A stretch of DNA of 64,000 nt from contig NC_058368.1 of NCBI RefSeq assembly GCF_018350175.1, positions 101,868,001 through 101,932,000 on the forward strand. Reading direction: 5' to 3'. The DNA is from Felis catus (taxonomy: Eukaryota). Positions 36,306-48,875 of the stretch are shown here, piece after piece (positions within the stretch are counted from its first letter, which is position 1; every line of letters begins with the position of its first letter). A program made the translations under genes and the position numbers. The notes beneath the pieces are model-generated. The model searched no databases. It was not told the DNA's origin and saw nothing but the letters and a program-made list of their open reading frames with translations.

Positions 36306-36340
<35 letters not shown>
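36306..36340. repeat. (CA)n microsatellite
   Basis: About 17 perfect units. Confidence 0.95.
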
Positions 36341-36343
<3 letters not shown>

Positions 36344-36779
36344 ATGCTCCAACCTTAGAAGACTCTTCAGTTATTATGATTACACATAATATCTCAAGAA
36401 TATAAATAAAAGCTCTTTCCAGAACAGTTTCACAACTTCCTGGCATCTAACATGAAAAATGTCTGCAGATAAACCTTGGTTACTCTATGTTTGAAAACGA
36501 TGGCCAGTACAGCAAAGGAACCTATAAAACAAAACAGACTAGAGCCTTCCAACAGCATATTTTTCAAAAGCTTCAGGTGATAAGGTTGGGCTACAAACAA
36601 GCAATCATTTGTGTGTCATATTCTTTCCTGTGCTTTCATTAGAAAGCCGGAACAGAGAAACGACTGGCGGCTATCACTGATATTTGCAGATTCTGTGCCT
36701 CCAAAGTATCGTCTCTGTCTGTCTGCTCTATGGTGGAAGATTCTCTATCACTTGACAAATTCTAATCTTTGGATCCCCC

Positions 36780-37070
36780 ATTAGGAGTCAGGCACTGTCT
36801 CAGCCCTAATGAAGATTGCAATGGGTAGATCGCCAACCCCCCACCCTACCCCTGCGCTCACGGAACTCATTTCTGGCTGTGGGAAACAGTGAATAAACAT
36901 ATCCTAGGACAGCTGATGATAGGTGTTGTAAAAAATAAATAAATGAATAAAATGAATAAAGCAGGATAAGGATAGATACTGATAGGAGTGAGGTTTATTC
37001 CATGCGGGGTGGTCAAAAGAAGTCCTCTCCGAGGAGGTGACATTTGACATTCGAGGCGAGGCTTAAAAGA
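36780..37070 (-). mobile_element. LINE-2 3' fragment, antisense
   Basis: 'caggcactgt...cctgcgctcacggaactca...ggtggtcaaaagaagtcctctccgaggaggtgacatttga'. Confidence 0.65.
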
Positions 37071-38302
37071 AATGGCTTTTCAGTATTGCTAAATGCTCTC
37101 AGATCCCCACACTGCTTTCAGTAAATCTGAAGATGAAACAAACATCTGCCAGATGAAAGAAGAAAGAAGGTAAAGACAGGAAACTTGAGTGATAAATCCA
37201 CACCGATCCAATTCGGGGGCTAATTTATGTTTCCAAAGCATGTTCAGAAAAAAAAGTTAAAAAGAAATCCCCACCCTGGGACCCTGTGATGAATCACCGG
37301 TAGCTAATTGTTGCGGAACATCCCCCTCAGGAATGACATATCATTTGAAATCTGGGTGGATTTCGGAAGAGAAATGTTATTGCATTTAAACAATACCATT
37401 AGCCAATCTGATTTCACTTACTGGTATGCACTTTGTTCCCGCTCTCCAGTCCAAAGATGAATTGCCCGATGGTTCTATTGTCAAAATGACAGCGTGAAAA
37501 GAGAAGCATGTGGGTTGTAATAATAATGTGGTACATGTGTAGAAGGTCAGAGAAGCAACAGATTAACATTCCAGCGAAAGATTTCCCCTGGGACATCTCT
37601 TGAAAGTATCAAAGGCCAAAGATCAGGACACTGATAATGTGTCTGGCGTTGGTGGTGAAATTGTTGTATGTATTTAGCTCTGCTGAGGACAGAGATGTGT
37701 TCTTTTCAATTAGTTGATGAAATCTCTCCCGAACAATGAAGAAGCCAACCACGGAAACCTGCTTCAGTGCAGCTGAGTGAATGGAAATGAGGGTGTGGGA
37801 AAATATGAGCTGCTTACCTCAGATTAATGAAATAAATTTGAACATGTTCCCTTGAGAAGACAACTAAATAACTCCCCACCCAGGAGATTTAAGGCTACCA
37901 TATATTGCACGACATTTCTTCAATGCATTTTAAACCAAATTCTCGGGCTTGCAATCTTTCTGCAAGGTGAACCTGGGAGTATTTGGGGGGGGGGAGGGGG
38001 GATGTCTCTGTGGGTTCTTTCCTAGCTGCTGGCAATGTGGCGCTACGGGGCGAGGGGGACAGGTAGGCTCTGCTGGCAGAGGGACCTGGGTGTGAAACCG
38101 GATCATTACTGCCGTGTAAAAAAACGCCTCACTTTCCCTAGTTTTAGAATGAGGGAAACACACAGAGCCCAAACACTTGTAATGCAGATTTAAACCAGAC
38201 AAGGTGGATGGAGGGTTTGGTAAAGGCACGAGGAATGGGAGCCAGTGGCTCTCTGTTGTCTCTTTGACATTCCTACAGCCTCACCTCCCTTGGTTGATAA
38301 GG

Positions 38303-38520
38303 TTTTTTTGTTTTGTTTTGTTTTTTATTTATTTTTGAGACAGAGAGAGACAGAGCATGAACAGGGGAGGGTCAGAGAGAGGGAGACACAGAATCCGAAA
38401 CAGGCTCCAGGCTCTGAGCCGTCAGCACAGAGCCCGACGCGGGGCTCGAACTCATGGACCGCGAGATCATGACCTGAGCCCAAGTCGGCCGCTTAACCGA
38501 CTGAGCCACCCAGGCGCCCC
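38303..38520 (-). mobile_element. Felid CAN-SINE
   Basis: Complete antisense SINE; TSD cctccc(t/c)tggttgataa. Confidence 0.95.
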
Positions 38521-38799
38521 TGCCTCCCCTGGTTGATAAATCTGACTCTCCTCGCCCCTCTCAAACCCCGCCCCCGCCCTCCAGCACACTAAGAGGGAAT
38601 GGCCGCTTTTGTTTCTATTTCTAAATACAGCACCCCTCAGCTTCAGGTAGAAAGGCCGTCCACCCTGTTTGCAAGTACACTTACAAGTTTGCTATCAAAA
38701 ATGAAGGTGTGAAAAAATAAGGAGCTACTTACTGGGAAATTGCAGGAAATAAGTAAAATACGGTAGGTGATCTGCAAAGCGCAAAGGAATGACCACAGT

Positions 38800-39025
38800 A
38801 ACCATGTGGGAGAAGTGTAGTCACTGGATGCAGGGCAGGGGTTTAAATCCCCACTCGGCTACTACTAGCTGGGAGGCCTCCAGCAAGTTACTGATCTTCT
38901 GTGGGGCTCACCTCCTAATCTGTAAAACTGGGGCCCACAATAATACCCACATTATGGAACTGATGGAGGATTAACCAAATCTGCAAAAAGATTAAAACAG
39001 CGCATGTCATTCGAAGGAAACTCAA
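38800..39025 (+). mobile_element. MIR
   Basis: 'gggtttaaatccccactcggctactactagctggga...gcaagttact...cctaatctgtaaaactggg...ggaggattaa'. Confidence 0.75.
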
Positions 39026-39465
39026 AAATGTTTTTCCGGTGCAAACTTTAATGGGGATTCATAATTTTATTACTAATGGGATCGGCTGTCTGTGTGATTA
39101 CCTCTTTATTTCTTTAGATAAACACGAGCGCCCCAAATAGGAACGAAGTTGGCTTACACAGGGCTGGCTTGACTTCGGACCATTTTGAGAAAGCGGGGTT
39201 CTCCGCTTCACAGGGGATCTCTGGAGACGATCAGAGCAGCCCCATGAAGCAGACAGACCCCCTGCCTGCCCCCTGCAAGCCACAATCCACAACACCATTC
39301 TCAATCCCTACCTTCAACACAAACCCGAAGCACTGGGGGTAGACATCGCTATCAAAACAGGTTACGACTTCAGGACTCAGCAACAACAACAACAACACAA
39401 AATAGTTCCACGAAGATTAACATCTCAACACGAGAAGTACAAATCTCCTCTTAAGAAAAACGTCT

Positions 39466-39670
39466 GGGGGCGCCTGGGTGGCTGAGTCAGTGAAGCGTCA
39501 GCTCTTGAATCCTGCTCAGGTCATGATCCCACTGTGAGTTCAAGGCCCGCGTCCAGCTCCGTGCTCAAAGCGGGGAGCCTGCTTGGGATTCTGTCGCGTT
39601 CTCTCTCTGCCCCTCTCCGGCTTGCTTTCTGTATCTTTCTCAAACTAAATAAAAATAAACCTTAAAAAAA
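39466..39670 (+). mobile_element. CAN-SINE
   Basis: Head gggggcgcctgggtggctgagtcag and A tail. Confidence 0.9.
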
Positions 39671-42600
39671 AAAACATTCTGGCCTCCTTTATGACTTGGA
39701 TAGCCAATGTTTGGGTAGGATGTTCACAACCAGTGGACAGAGGAGCTCCTAATCTTTTTAAGGTTCCTGGACAATGGTGTCAACTCCTCTTACGCTCTTG
39801 ACAATTACCGCCTGATAGCCTCTGAATCGACAATGAAATGAAAATGAAAGAGATACTCTGACCTGGGCCTTATGAGGATGCTGTAGAGAGGGCTTTTCAA
39901 TGATTACCTGAGGAAGAGGCAGGCCGATGGTCACAAAGGCAAGGGATTAATACATTCAACAGCTGCTTGATGAATTTCTCTGAAAAGAGAGGCGTGAAGG
40001 ACCCCGCCAGAAAGAAACGGGAGAAAACGTAAATGGCTCGTGAGGAAGAGCCAAATGGCCTTTTCCTGTTTCCTAAGAGACTGAGTCTCCTGTGCTGAAG
40101 AATGTGCTGTTTCTTATAAAAGCTTCTGGAAATGCACTTTCCTTCCCAAATTCAAAGCAGGGCCACAAATCATTTATAGGAGACAAAAAACAATAAGTAG
40201 TGTCAGCACAGAGGAATATATTTTACTTTGCTCTGCCATGAGGAATTACGGCGGGTTGTGATGAGTGGAATATAAAGTAACATAAGTTGCCTGTTGACAA
40301 CAGAGTTTGAAATTATAAAATGTAAAACCAATATATTTCCTGCACACTATGTAACAGCTGGGGTATTTTTATGGCTTCTAGCAGGATACCAGGCCATCTC
40401 TCAAAACCCTATAATTCTGTAAGCACGTTAAGTGCAGCCTGTTATTTATTTTGTTTGTTTATTTGGCTTCAAGGATTTCACACGCGGCTTTGCATAGCAT
40501 CAAACGTAAAGCAAGCGATCAACAGGGAATCGCGCCGTCTTCAAGAAGGTCCAGCCCTGGCTCGATGACACGGTGGCATGGACGTGACGTCCAACGTGGC
40601 CAGTGTATCTGGGCAGACGGCCATCTTTTTCCTGGAGGAAGGGGGCAAAAACGGCTCCATCAAAAATGCCTCAAGAATGTTTCTTTCCTAGCTCTGTCCA
40701 GAAGCTGAGGATAAAAACTAAGCCTTTTATGAGGCCGGCAGCAGTGGAGTTCGTATAAGATCTCTTTAAATGACAGATGGTGATAAGCAAGTCCACACTT
40801 CCTGTGTGCTAGACATTAGCACTGTAACCACTGACCCACACGAAGGCACCGTACCACACTAACAGGAGGGCGAGGCAAAAGTCTGTGCCGAGTATCCTGC
40901 CCCAAACTGAGATGCGTATTTCAACCCGCGCCTATCAATCAGTACAGAATACTCTGCTTAAATGTTTTAGCTGTTACATGTTGGGGGTTTGATGTTTTTA
41001 TCAAATGTCACACTTTCAATTATCATTTACAGGCTGAACTCCAGGGATACAGAATTGGCTGGAAATGCATTGGGACTGGGGCAGCCCAAGTGGGTGGCGA
41101 TTTCCAGCACCTACGCGGCCCCGGAGAAGCAGAGGGCTACAAAGGGGTACTAGATAAATGCTCTGCTCGGGGATGGAGGGAGCCACCATACCCTGCAATA
41201 AATTCCAGGTGCATGAAAACAGAAGAGAACGGAGGCAAACATGCTCTCCCTGTTGTAGACAGAGGCCTTTTCTGTGCCTTGCAGGCTCAGGAATGTTGCG
41301 AGGAGAAGGCATTGCTCTTCACACGCCAGTTTGTCAGCTGTCAGCAGCTCCTGACATGATAAAATCCCAAAGCTGGGGTACCGGGGATACGTAACACAGA
41401 AGGGCCCAGTTGTTTGAGTTGAAAAGAGAGGAAACATCAGATGTTGCTTTTCAAACAAAGACCCAGTTTCATGCTTAACACCACAAAGATAACTTGGTTT
41501 TCTGTTCTTAGGATTAAAAAAAAAAAAAAAGGAAAAAAAGAAAGAAAGGGAAAAAAAAAAAGAAAAGAAAACCTTTGTTCCTTTGAAGTAAGGGCAAGCG
41601 ATGTGAAATGAATTTTAACCAGGTTCTGCCAATATCTATCAGCGCACAGCATTTCGTATCGCAGATAATAAGAGTCTGGAGAAAAGGACAGGCAGGAGAA
41701 AGGGAAATGTGGCGGCCAGGCCTGGAGGTGGCAGGATCCAGGTCAGAGGAGGGCTGAGGAGCCCTCGTGGGATGAAGTACAGCCAGGTCTTCAGGGGGGT
41801 GAATGCCCGTGTGCAGAGGTGTGGCGTTTCTTTCTTCACAAAAAATAATTCAGCCGAGAATGGGGGGGGGGTAATTTTCCTTTTGAAGATGCTCACCCCC
41901 CTAAGGAAGATAAATTCTGTTGATGCAGAAAGGACTCAGTCATCATTCACGGTAATCAATAACTGCGACTTATTAGGAAGGTTCGTGAAGACCTTCTCCT
42001 TTAGGTGAGACAAAGCGGTTAGGATCCCTTTTCTCCTAAAGAAAGAAGCTAAGATTAAAAAAAAAAAAAAGGGACATGTCCTGTGAAAGATGGGACATGT
42101 AAGATTTAATGTGTATGATGCCTGCAGAAGGAAGGATAGGGTGTTTGGAAAATAAAGGGTTAGGTTTAGGCATCCTTCTTAAAATAATGTTTTCAGACCG
42201 CTTTATCACACTAGAGAATTTTTTTCTTTTAATGTGAAAAGAAAATGCCTTAACCACAACTGGTGGAAATAAAAAATAAATTAAAAAAAAAAAAAAAGCA
42301 AGCAAGCCAGCCTGAGATCCAGTTATTAATACCGGTCACTGTTTCTTGGATACTGAAAAGCGAAGCCAGAAAGCCAGAAGCAAGTTCAAGGAACATCTCT
42401 AATATGAGGCTTTTCTCTCGGTCAACTCTCCACTAAGGGAAACAGGGGTCAGCAATCATATTGCACTGAGATTTAGAGCCAGCACGTGAACCGTATCTGG
42501 ATTTCCCTACGGTTTATCTTTTTTTTATTCAGTATCATTTTTTCCCCCTTAGTGTGCGTGTGTTTTGTTTGGTTTAGAGGTGGCTGTGCAGGGATAAAAA

Positions 42601-43224
42601 CAAGTAAATTTAGTAAAAGGTAAGAAAGGTGATGTGGTGACAGGGGCGGGAGACAGAATCGGAAGATCAAAGGGTACACTTCAGTGCTAACTCCTCATGT
42701 GACGTTAAGGGATGAGCTTCCTGGGCCTCTCTTCCTTCCCTACACAAGGTGCAATTTTGCATGAGGCTTCTCGGAGACCCTTTCTGAGCCTGACATTCTC
42801 CAATCTGAATGATCTCCCCATTATCCCAAGGGCAAAATCACCAATGATGCATGCATAATGGTGGGTGGGTTTTTAATCGCACACACTGAGAGTGATAATA
42901 ATTTTAATTGCATTCGGTTGTATTTCCTATTAATCTTGGAACAGAACTGCTGCGTGTTAAGGCAACTGCGGAGCTTAGAAAACAGCTGCTTAGAAAATAA
43001 TTATTGTGCAAGAAAAATTCCATTTTTTCTGAAATTTTGCATGAATCACACACTAAGTAAAAGGATACTAAATTGAGGCTTAGCATTTTGGAGCCTAGAG
43101 TTTGCTCTCTGAGACACTGGACAGGGCTTGCATTTTCCATTACTTTGAAGTGAAGGGAGGATTTGGGATAAACGATTTCTTAGATGACTTCAAAATTCCC
43201 TTTTCAAGATGTCCTGAGATAGAG

Positions 43225-43365
43225 TGTGGAGTAATGGAAAAATCTGGACTTTTCAATCAGCGAGACCTGGACTTGAATCCCAGCTCAACAACTCAGGGCA
43301 GTATGATGTTAGACAAGTTGCCTCTCCGAATCTCTCTTGGCTTTTGGGATTATGTGAAGCACAGG
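43225..43365 (+). mobile_element. MIR fragment
   Basis: 'gtgtggagtaatggaaaaatctggacttt...agacctggacttgaatcccagctc...gacaagttgcct'. Confidence 0.65.
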
Positions 43366-43370
43366 GCTGC

Positions 43371-43375
<5 letters not shown>

Positions 43376-43463
<88 letters not shown>
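43376..43463. repeat. Long (TG)n microsatellite
   Basis: About 44 TG units with one TA interruption. Confidence 0.97.
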
Positions 43464-43466
<3 letters not shown>

Positions 43467-44305
43467 TGAGAGGGGGGGGAAGGGGGAGATGTAACTGGAA
43501 TTTAGGGAATGTTAGTGATAAGTATGGAGATTGCTCTGACTTTCCTCTGACTCTGGGCTTGTGGACAGACAATCATTTTCAGAGTTTACAGACAATCATC
43601 TGTCTGGGAAGAATCATCTTAATGTTCACCATATAGCACAAAGCCCTCTGATTTGTATGTTAACGTGTAAGTTTAAGTTGAAACCCCTCCCAAATCCTTC
43701 TAGGACTTCAGAGTCTTTGGGGACTGCCCCGGCAATCTTGTTCAGAGCAAAAAGCAAAGCCTGAAATACTGTAACTCGTACGGAGTAAACCCCAAGGACA
43801 TAGCTCCACCTTAGCAGGGAATCCATATAAGCCAAGATTGACTCCTGAATAAACTCAAGAAAATGAAACATCTCCAGTGAAAGGGCTCCCCAGTAACCCC
43901 CCTGGAGGTAAGGCAGATGAGCAGACATCCACCTATCTGTCGAAAAGGTCCATTTTATCCAAATTATGCAACAGATTGACCCCGAAGCCAGGCCTCTCCC
44001 ACATCAATTCTGCACTGTTAACCAGAAAAGGAAAAGGAGTTTTTAGAGAAAAAGATAATGGGGCAAATAATTATATTTCCTAATAGCGACGCATACGCAC
44101 ACACAAGCGCTGCATTTGGAGTACATTTCTAGGGAGGAAACATAAAGAAAATACTGACTTATACTTTGCCGAGATAAAAACCACATGATGTGATTTGATT
44201 TTAATTCTCTATTTTCAGTAAGTGTGCCAACCTATGCGTTAACAATTTAGAAATTCAGACGTGCCTGACACGGTGAGGTCATTAAGTCAAACGAAACAAC
44301 ATCAT

Positions 44306-44531
44306 GTTTTATTTATTAATTTATTTTTTTAACTTCATTTAAATCCAAGTTAGTTAACCTGTAGTGTAGTAATGGCTTCAGGAGTAAATTTTAGTGACTC
44401 ATCGCTTACATGTAATACCCAGTGCTCATCCCAACAAGTGCCCTCCATAATGCTAATCGTCCACTGAGCCCATCCCCCCACCCAACACCATGCCAGCAAC
44501 CCTCAGTTTGTTCTCTGTATTTAAGAGTCTC
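44306..44531 (-). mobile_element. Carnivore L1 3' end, antisense
   Basis: 'aatacccagtgctcatcccaacaagtgccctcc...cagcaaccctcagtttgttctctgtatttaagagtctc'. Confidence 0.85.
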
Positions 44532-45640
44532 GGGAGCCATCATTTTTAGAGGAGAAAACTGCTTCACTCATAGTTGCCTGCACTTCACTTCTCTGAAGTT
44601 CCCCACGCCCCCTGACTTAACATTGATGCAACACATTACATAAAACTTGTCACTGGAGTAAATGTTCCACGAGGAGTTAAGTGATTCCTGCGTTCAGGTC
44701 AGTACCCTTTCTAATGCCATTTCCAAGATGCTGCACGTTGACCACACATTCTGTGTGCCTAAAAACCTTAAAGACACATCCAACGATGAAATTCAAAGGG
44801 TACTACATGTCAATCATGCTTCTACAGATAGACCATGCTTTACTATCAAGCCCTTAATTCTCAGCCACTCTGAAAGAGTAACGCTGTGTCTCAGATAAGG
44901 CAACTTGCACCTAAATTTAAGTTCTTCCATATTTATTCTTTCTCCAGCGTCCAGGTCGCCTCCCAGGATAGAAACTCATCTCCTCAAACAACAGTTTGCT
45001 TTGTCAGCCAAAATTGCTTCCTCTAGCAGGTGACGACCGGCACATTTACTCGCCCAAACCCGGAAGCACTGATACAACGTAAGGCATGCAACGGATTTCC
45101 CAGCACCACACGCATATACGGAAGCTACTATAATCAAATGGCATAGAATAAAACATGGAAATGCAGACTAATGCCCGGTCCATCATGCGTTTAGCAACTT
45201 TAGGAATGTTCTCACAAAGTTATACGCTCTTACATAACAATCTTAGTTCCTAGAGTTTCTGAAAAATAGGATTGTGAGCACTTAGCATTGGCACAGAGGC
45301 GATGGGAATAGAGAATCCACTCTCTGCTGGCTCATTTTACTCTAAACAGATGACGTTCTCATATTCTGCTGAGCCATCTGAATGCTGACAGTAAGAAGTC
45401 TGGATTGAATCATGCCTTTCTTTCCGCATGGTACTATCTTCTACTCTCGTATCTTCAGATTTCTGGTAGGAAGGCAAGCCAGGTTAATCAAATGATAAAA
45501 TTAAATTTCTTGAGATTTATTAATACAGTAAATGATGCCTTATCATCTTCTTGCTAACCCTACTGAGCTTAATGTGTTCAGACTTTATTATCATCTCTAG
45601 ATTTCCTCATAATTAAACATACTATCTAAAGAAGGAGAGA

Positions 45641-45865
45641 GGGGCGCCTGGGTGGCTCAGTCGGTTGAGCGTCCGACTTCGGCTCAGGTCACGATCTCGC
45701 GGTCCGTGAGTTCGAGCCCCGCGTCAGGCTCTGGGCTGATGGCTCAGAGCCTGGAGCCTGCTTCCGATTCTGTGTGTCCTTCTCTCTCTGCCCCTCCCCC
45801 GTTCATGCTCTGTCTCTCTCTGTCTCAAAAATAAATAAATGTTAAAAAAAAAATAAAAATAAAAA
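45641..45865 (+). mobile_element. Felid CAN-SINE
   Basis: Complete SINE with A tail; TSD aaggaga. Confidence 0.95.
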
Positions 45866-46513
45866 AAGGAGAACCTGATTGGCCTGACTACTTACAAACA
45901 GAAGTTTTGAAAATAGTGCTGAGGTACAAAATTATACATGATTTTCATGAGGTGTACAGGAAACCCTAACCAGATCTGTAACCAGATATTCAAGATTCGG
46001 AGCCAGTATTGTTTTTTCAAAACTTAACTAGCTCTCAACTGCATCCACGTATTCGAAAGCTTTATTCCCCCTCTAGTAAAAAGAAAATGTATCAGCATAT
46101 TCATCATTTTCTCTCCAGCTATTTATAATGTTGGCATAGGGGAAAGAAAACCAGGTTTCCTAAAAATGTGGTAAGCACACATCTTGTGCTGCCCCGGAGG
46201 GTCTCATTCTTTGCCTGTTACCTGAGAATAATTATGAATAGTGCCTACGTTCACTTTCAAAGGTGTGAATAAATTAGGGCAATAAATTATGTGGTCAATA
46301 TACAAAAAAAAAAAAAAAAAAGATGGGATTCATTCTGAGGATACATAGCAAAGAAAGTACATGCAAGAGGACCGACCAACCAACCATCCAATGGCCAGGC
46401 AAGAAGGAAAGCGAGAAGTTTGATGAGAATATCCCCGCATTCCAGAGACCTGAAGGCAACTTCCTATAGTCAGAGAGCAGACTGCGGGAACAGAAATAAC
46501 AGCAATGACTCTC

Positions 46514-46742
46514 TTTTTTTTTTTTTTTTAATTTTTTTTCAACGTTTATTTATTTTTGGGACAGAGGGAGACAGAGCATGAACGGGGGAGGGGCAGAGAG
46601 ACAGGGAGACACAGAATCGGAAACAGGCTCCAGGCTCTGAGCCATCAGCCCAGAGCCCGACGCAGGGCTCGAACTCACGGACCGCGAGATCGTGACCTGG
46701 CTGAAGTCGGACGCTTAACCGACTGCGCCACCCAGGCGCCCC
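46514..46742 (-). mobile_element. Young felid SINE (SINEC_Fc-like)
   Basis: Complete antisense; TSD agcaatgactctctt at 46501-46515 and 46743-46757. Confidence 0.95.
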
Positions 46743-46774
46743 AGCAATGACTCTCTTAAAAATAAATAAACATA

Positions 46775-47000
46775 GGGGCACCTGGGTGGCTCAGTTGCTT
46801 AAGCGTCCGACCAGCTCAGGTCACCATCTCAGAGTCTGTGAGTTCGAGCCCCGCGTCGGGCTCTGTGCTGACAGCTCAGAGCCTGGAGCCTGCTTTGGAT
46901 TCTGGGTCTCCCTCTCTCTCTTCCCCTCCCCTGCTCACGCTCTGTCTCTGTCTCAAAAATAAATAAAAACATTTAAAAAATTGAAAATAAATAAAAATGA
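46775..47000 (+). mobile_element. CAN-SINE
   Basis: Complete; flanked by ataaataaacat on both sides. Confidence 0.93.
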
Positions 47001-47023
47001 ATAAATAAACATTAAAAAGGGTT

Positions 47024-47239
47024 GGGGAGGTGCCTGGGTGGCTCAGTCGGTTCGGCGTCTAACTTTGGCTCAGGTCATGATCTCACAGTTCTTGGGTTCG
47101 AGCCCCGCGTCGGGCTCTGTGCTGACAGCTCAGAGCCTGGAGCCTGCTTCAGATTCTGCATCTCCCTCTTTCTGTCCCTCCCCTATTCGTGTGCTGTCTC
47201 TCTCTCTCCCTTAAAAATAAATAAACATTAAAAAAAATT
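47024..47239 (+). mobile_element. CAN-SINE
   Basis: Complete SINE with A tail. Confidence 0.93.
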
Positions 47240-47951
47240 AGAAACAAGAGCAATGCAATTGGGAGTGATGGCTATAAAAATGGAAAGAAAACTGCTAGCA
47301 AAAGTTGGAAAAAGGGTGAGAAAATGTTTCTTGAAAGTTAGAAAAACGGTGCCCCCTGTTCCTCTGTGGCAAAACAACCGGAAGGCAGTTTCTGGCAGAA
47401 AGGGGGAAGAAAATAAAGTCAACTGAATAGACCTTGGGACCGTGGTCAGATGATTTTCAGGCAGAATGTAAGAAGTGTCAGATGCCTTCTCTTAGCTGAG
47501 GTGTGGGAGAGACCAGATATTTGAGAAAAAATTTAAAAAGGGGCTGAAGAGCAATTGTTGGGTTGGAAAAAATGCATTTTCATTTCCTTCATTCTGGAAA
47601 GACTCTCAAACAGAAACAGTGCCTGGGGCACAGATCAAACCCAGTGTGTGGCTGTTAAGACTTTGTTAAGATCGCTAATAGATTTAAGGCAGTGTGGAAT
47701 AGACAGCCGCTCAGGTACAAAAAAACAACAAAAAAAGACTCGATCCCATCCGATTTGTCATTTCGTTCATTAAAATCTTCTTTTCTCTATTTGGAACTTT
47801 TCTTGCCATTACAATGTGATTTCCTTGCGATTGCAAACATCACGCAGCATTTCTCCAACATCATAGACCATGGATGGCATCCTTTTGAACACAGAACACT
47901 TATCTGGAGCACAGAGTTTGGAAAGTGTTACTCTATTAAAAAACGAAACGA

Positions 47952-48173
47952 GGGGTGCCTGGGTGGCGCAGTCGGTTAAGCGTCCGACTTCAGCCAGGTC
48001 ACGATCTCGCGGTCCGTGAGTTCGAGCCCCGCGTCGGGCTCTGGGCTGATGGCTCAGAGCCTGGGGCCTGTTTCCAATTCTGTGTCTCCCTCTCTCTCTG
48101 CCCCTCCCCCGTTCATGCTCTGTCTCTCTCTGTCCCAAAAATAAATAAAAACGTTGAAAAAAAAAATTAAAAA
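47952..48173 (+). mobile_element. Young felid SINE (SINEC_Fc-like)
   Basis: Complete; TSD aaaaaacgaaacga. Confidence 0.95.
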
Positions 48174-48786
48174 AAAAAACGAAACGAAACAAAACACTTC
48201 ATCTCTGACCTTTTCTACCTGGGGAAAACTATTCATTAGGTGTTAGCTGCATTTGGTTTAATATCCAATATAAATACGTTAAAAGAAATTCTATCCTCGA
48301 TTAGTGAGAAGACACACGGTAAAGCATGCGGTGAAGGTATAAAATATAAAACGCTCTCTCTAGTTGATGGCAAGGAAAATGATGGATCTGGTTGTGTTCC
48401 ATAGTGACTGAGCTTATCTTCTGTGTTCTCGTTTAAATAGCTGGCTACCTTATTTCTCTGTGATGACCACTTCAATGCTTTATGTTCACATAAACACACC
48501 AAGATTTTCCATTTGTTGTGATCACTTATGAATCATGTGTGCTAAATGAGGGCTGTGATGTGAATCATTTGGGCGAGAGTAAAATTATGAAATGAAAAAA
48601 GTCGTGACAGGTAACACGCACGACAACTTCACCAAGTAGCTTTTTATAGCGGATGATTATATTAACTAGCTAACATGTGTTGCACTTTCTAATTGTTACA
48701 ATAAATCTTTAGGAACATGTTACTGATTTTTTTCCTTCCTTCGTAGGGCCATTCCTTTAAATTTAAAATTTCATGTCAGTGACCTC

Positions 48787-48875
48787 GGAGTAATGTATAG
48801 AACTGTTGAATCACACTATACTGTATACCCGAAACTAATATAACACTGCATTAACTATACTGCAATTTTTTTTTA
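48787..48875 (+). mobile_element. Short carnivore L1 3' terminus
   Basis: 'gtaatgtatagaactgttgaatcacactatactgtatacccgaaactaatataacactg', similar to positions 105-180. Confidence 0.7.

Noticed and set aside
41639..42008. GC-rich segment with ORFs on both strands as a promoter or first exon
   Set aside because: Too few CpGs for an island, and no recognisable protein or splice structure.
43102..43572. ORFs with VC or HT dipeptide runs
   Set aside because: Translations of the (TG)n microsatellite.
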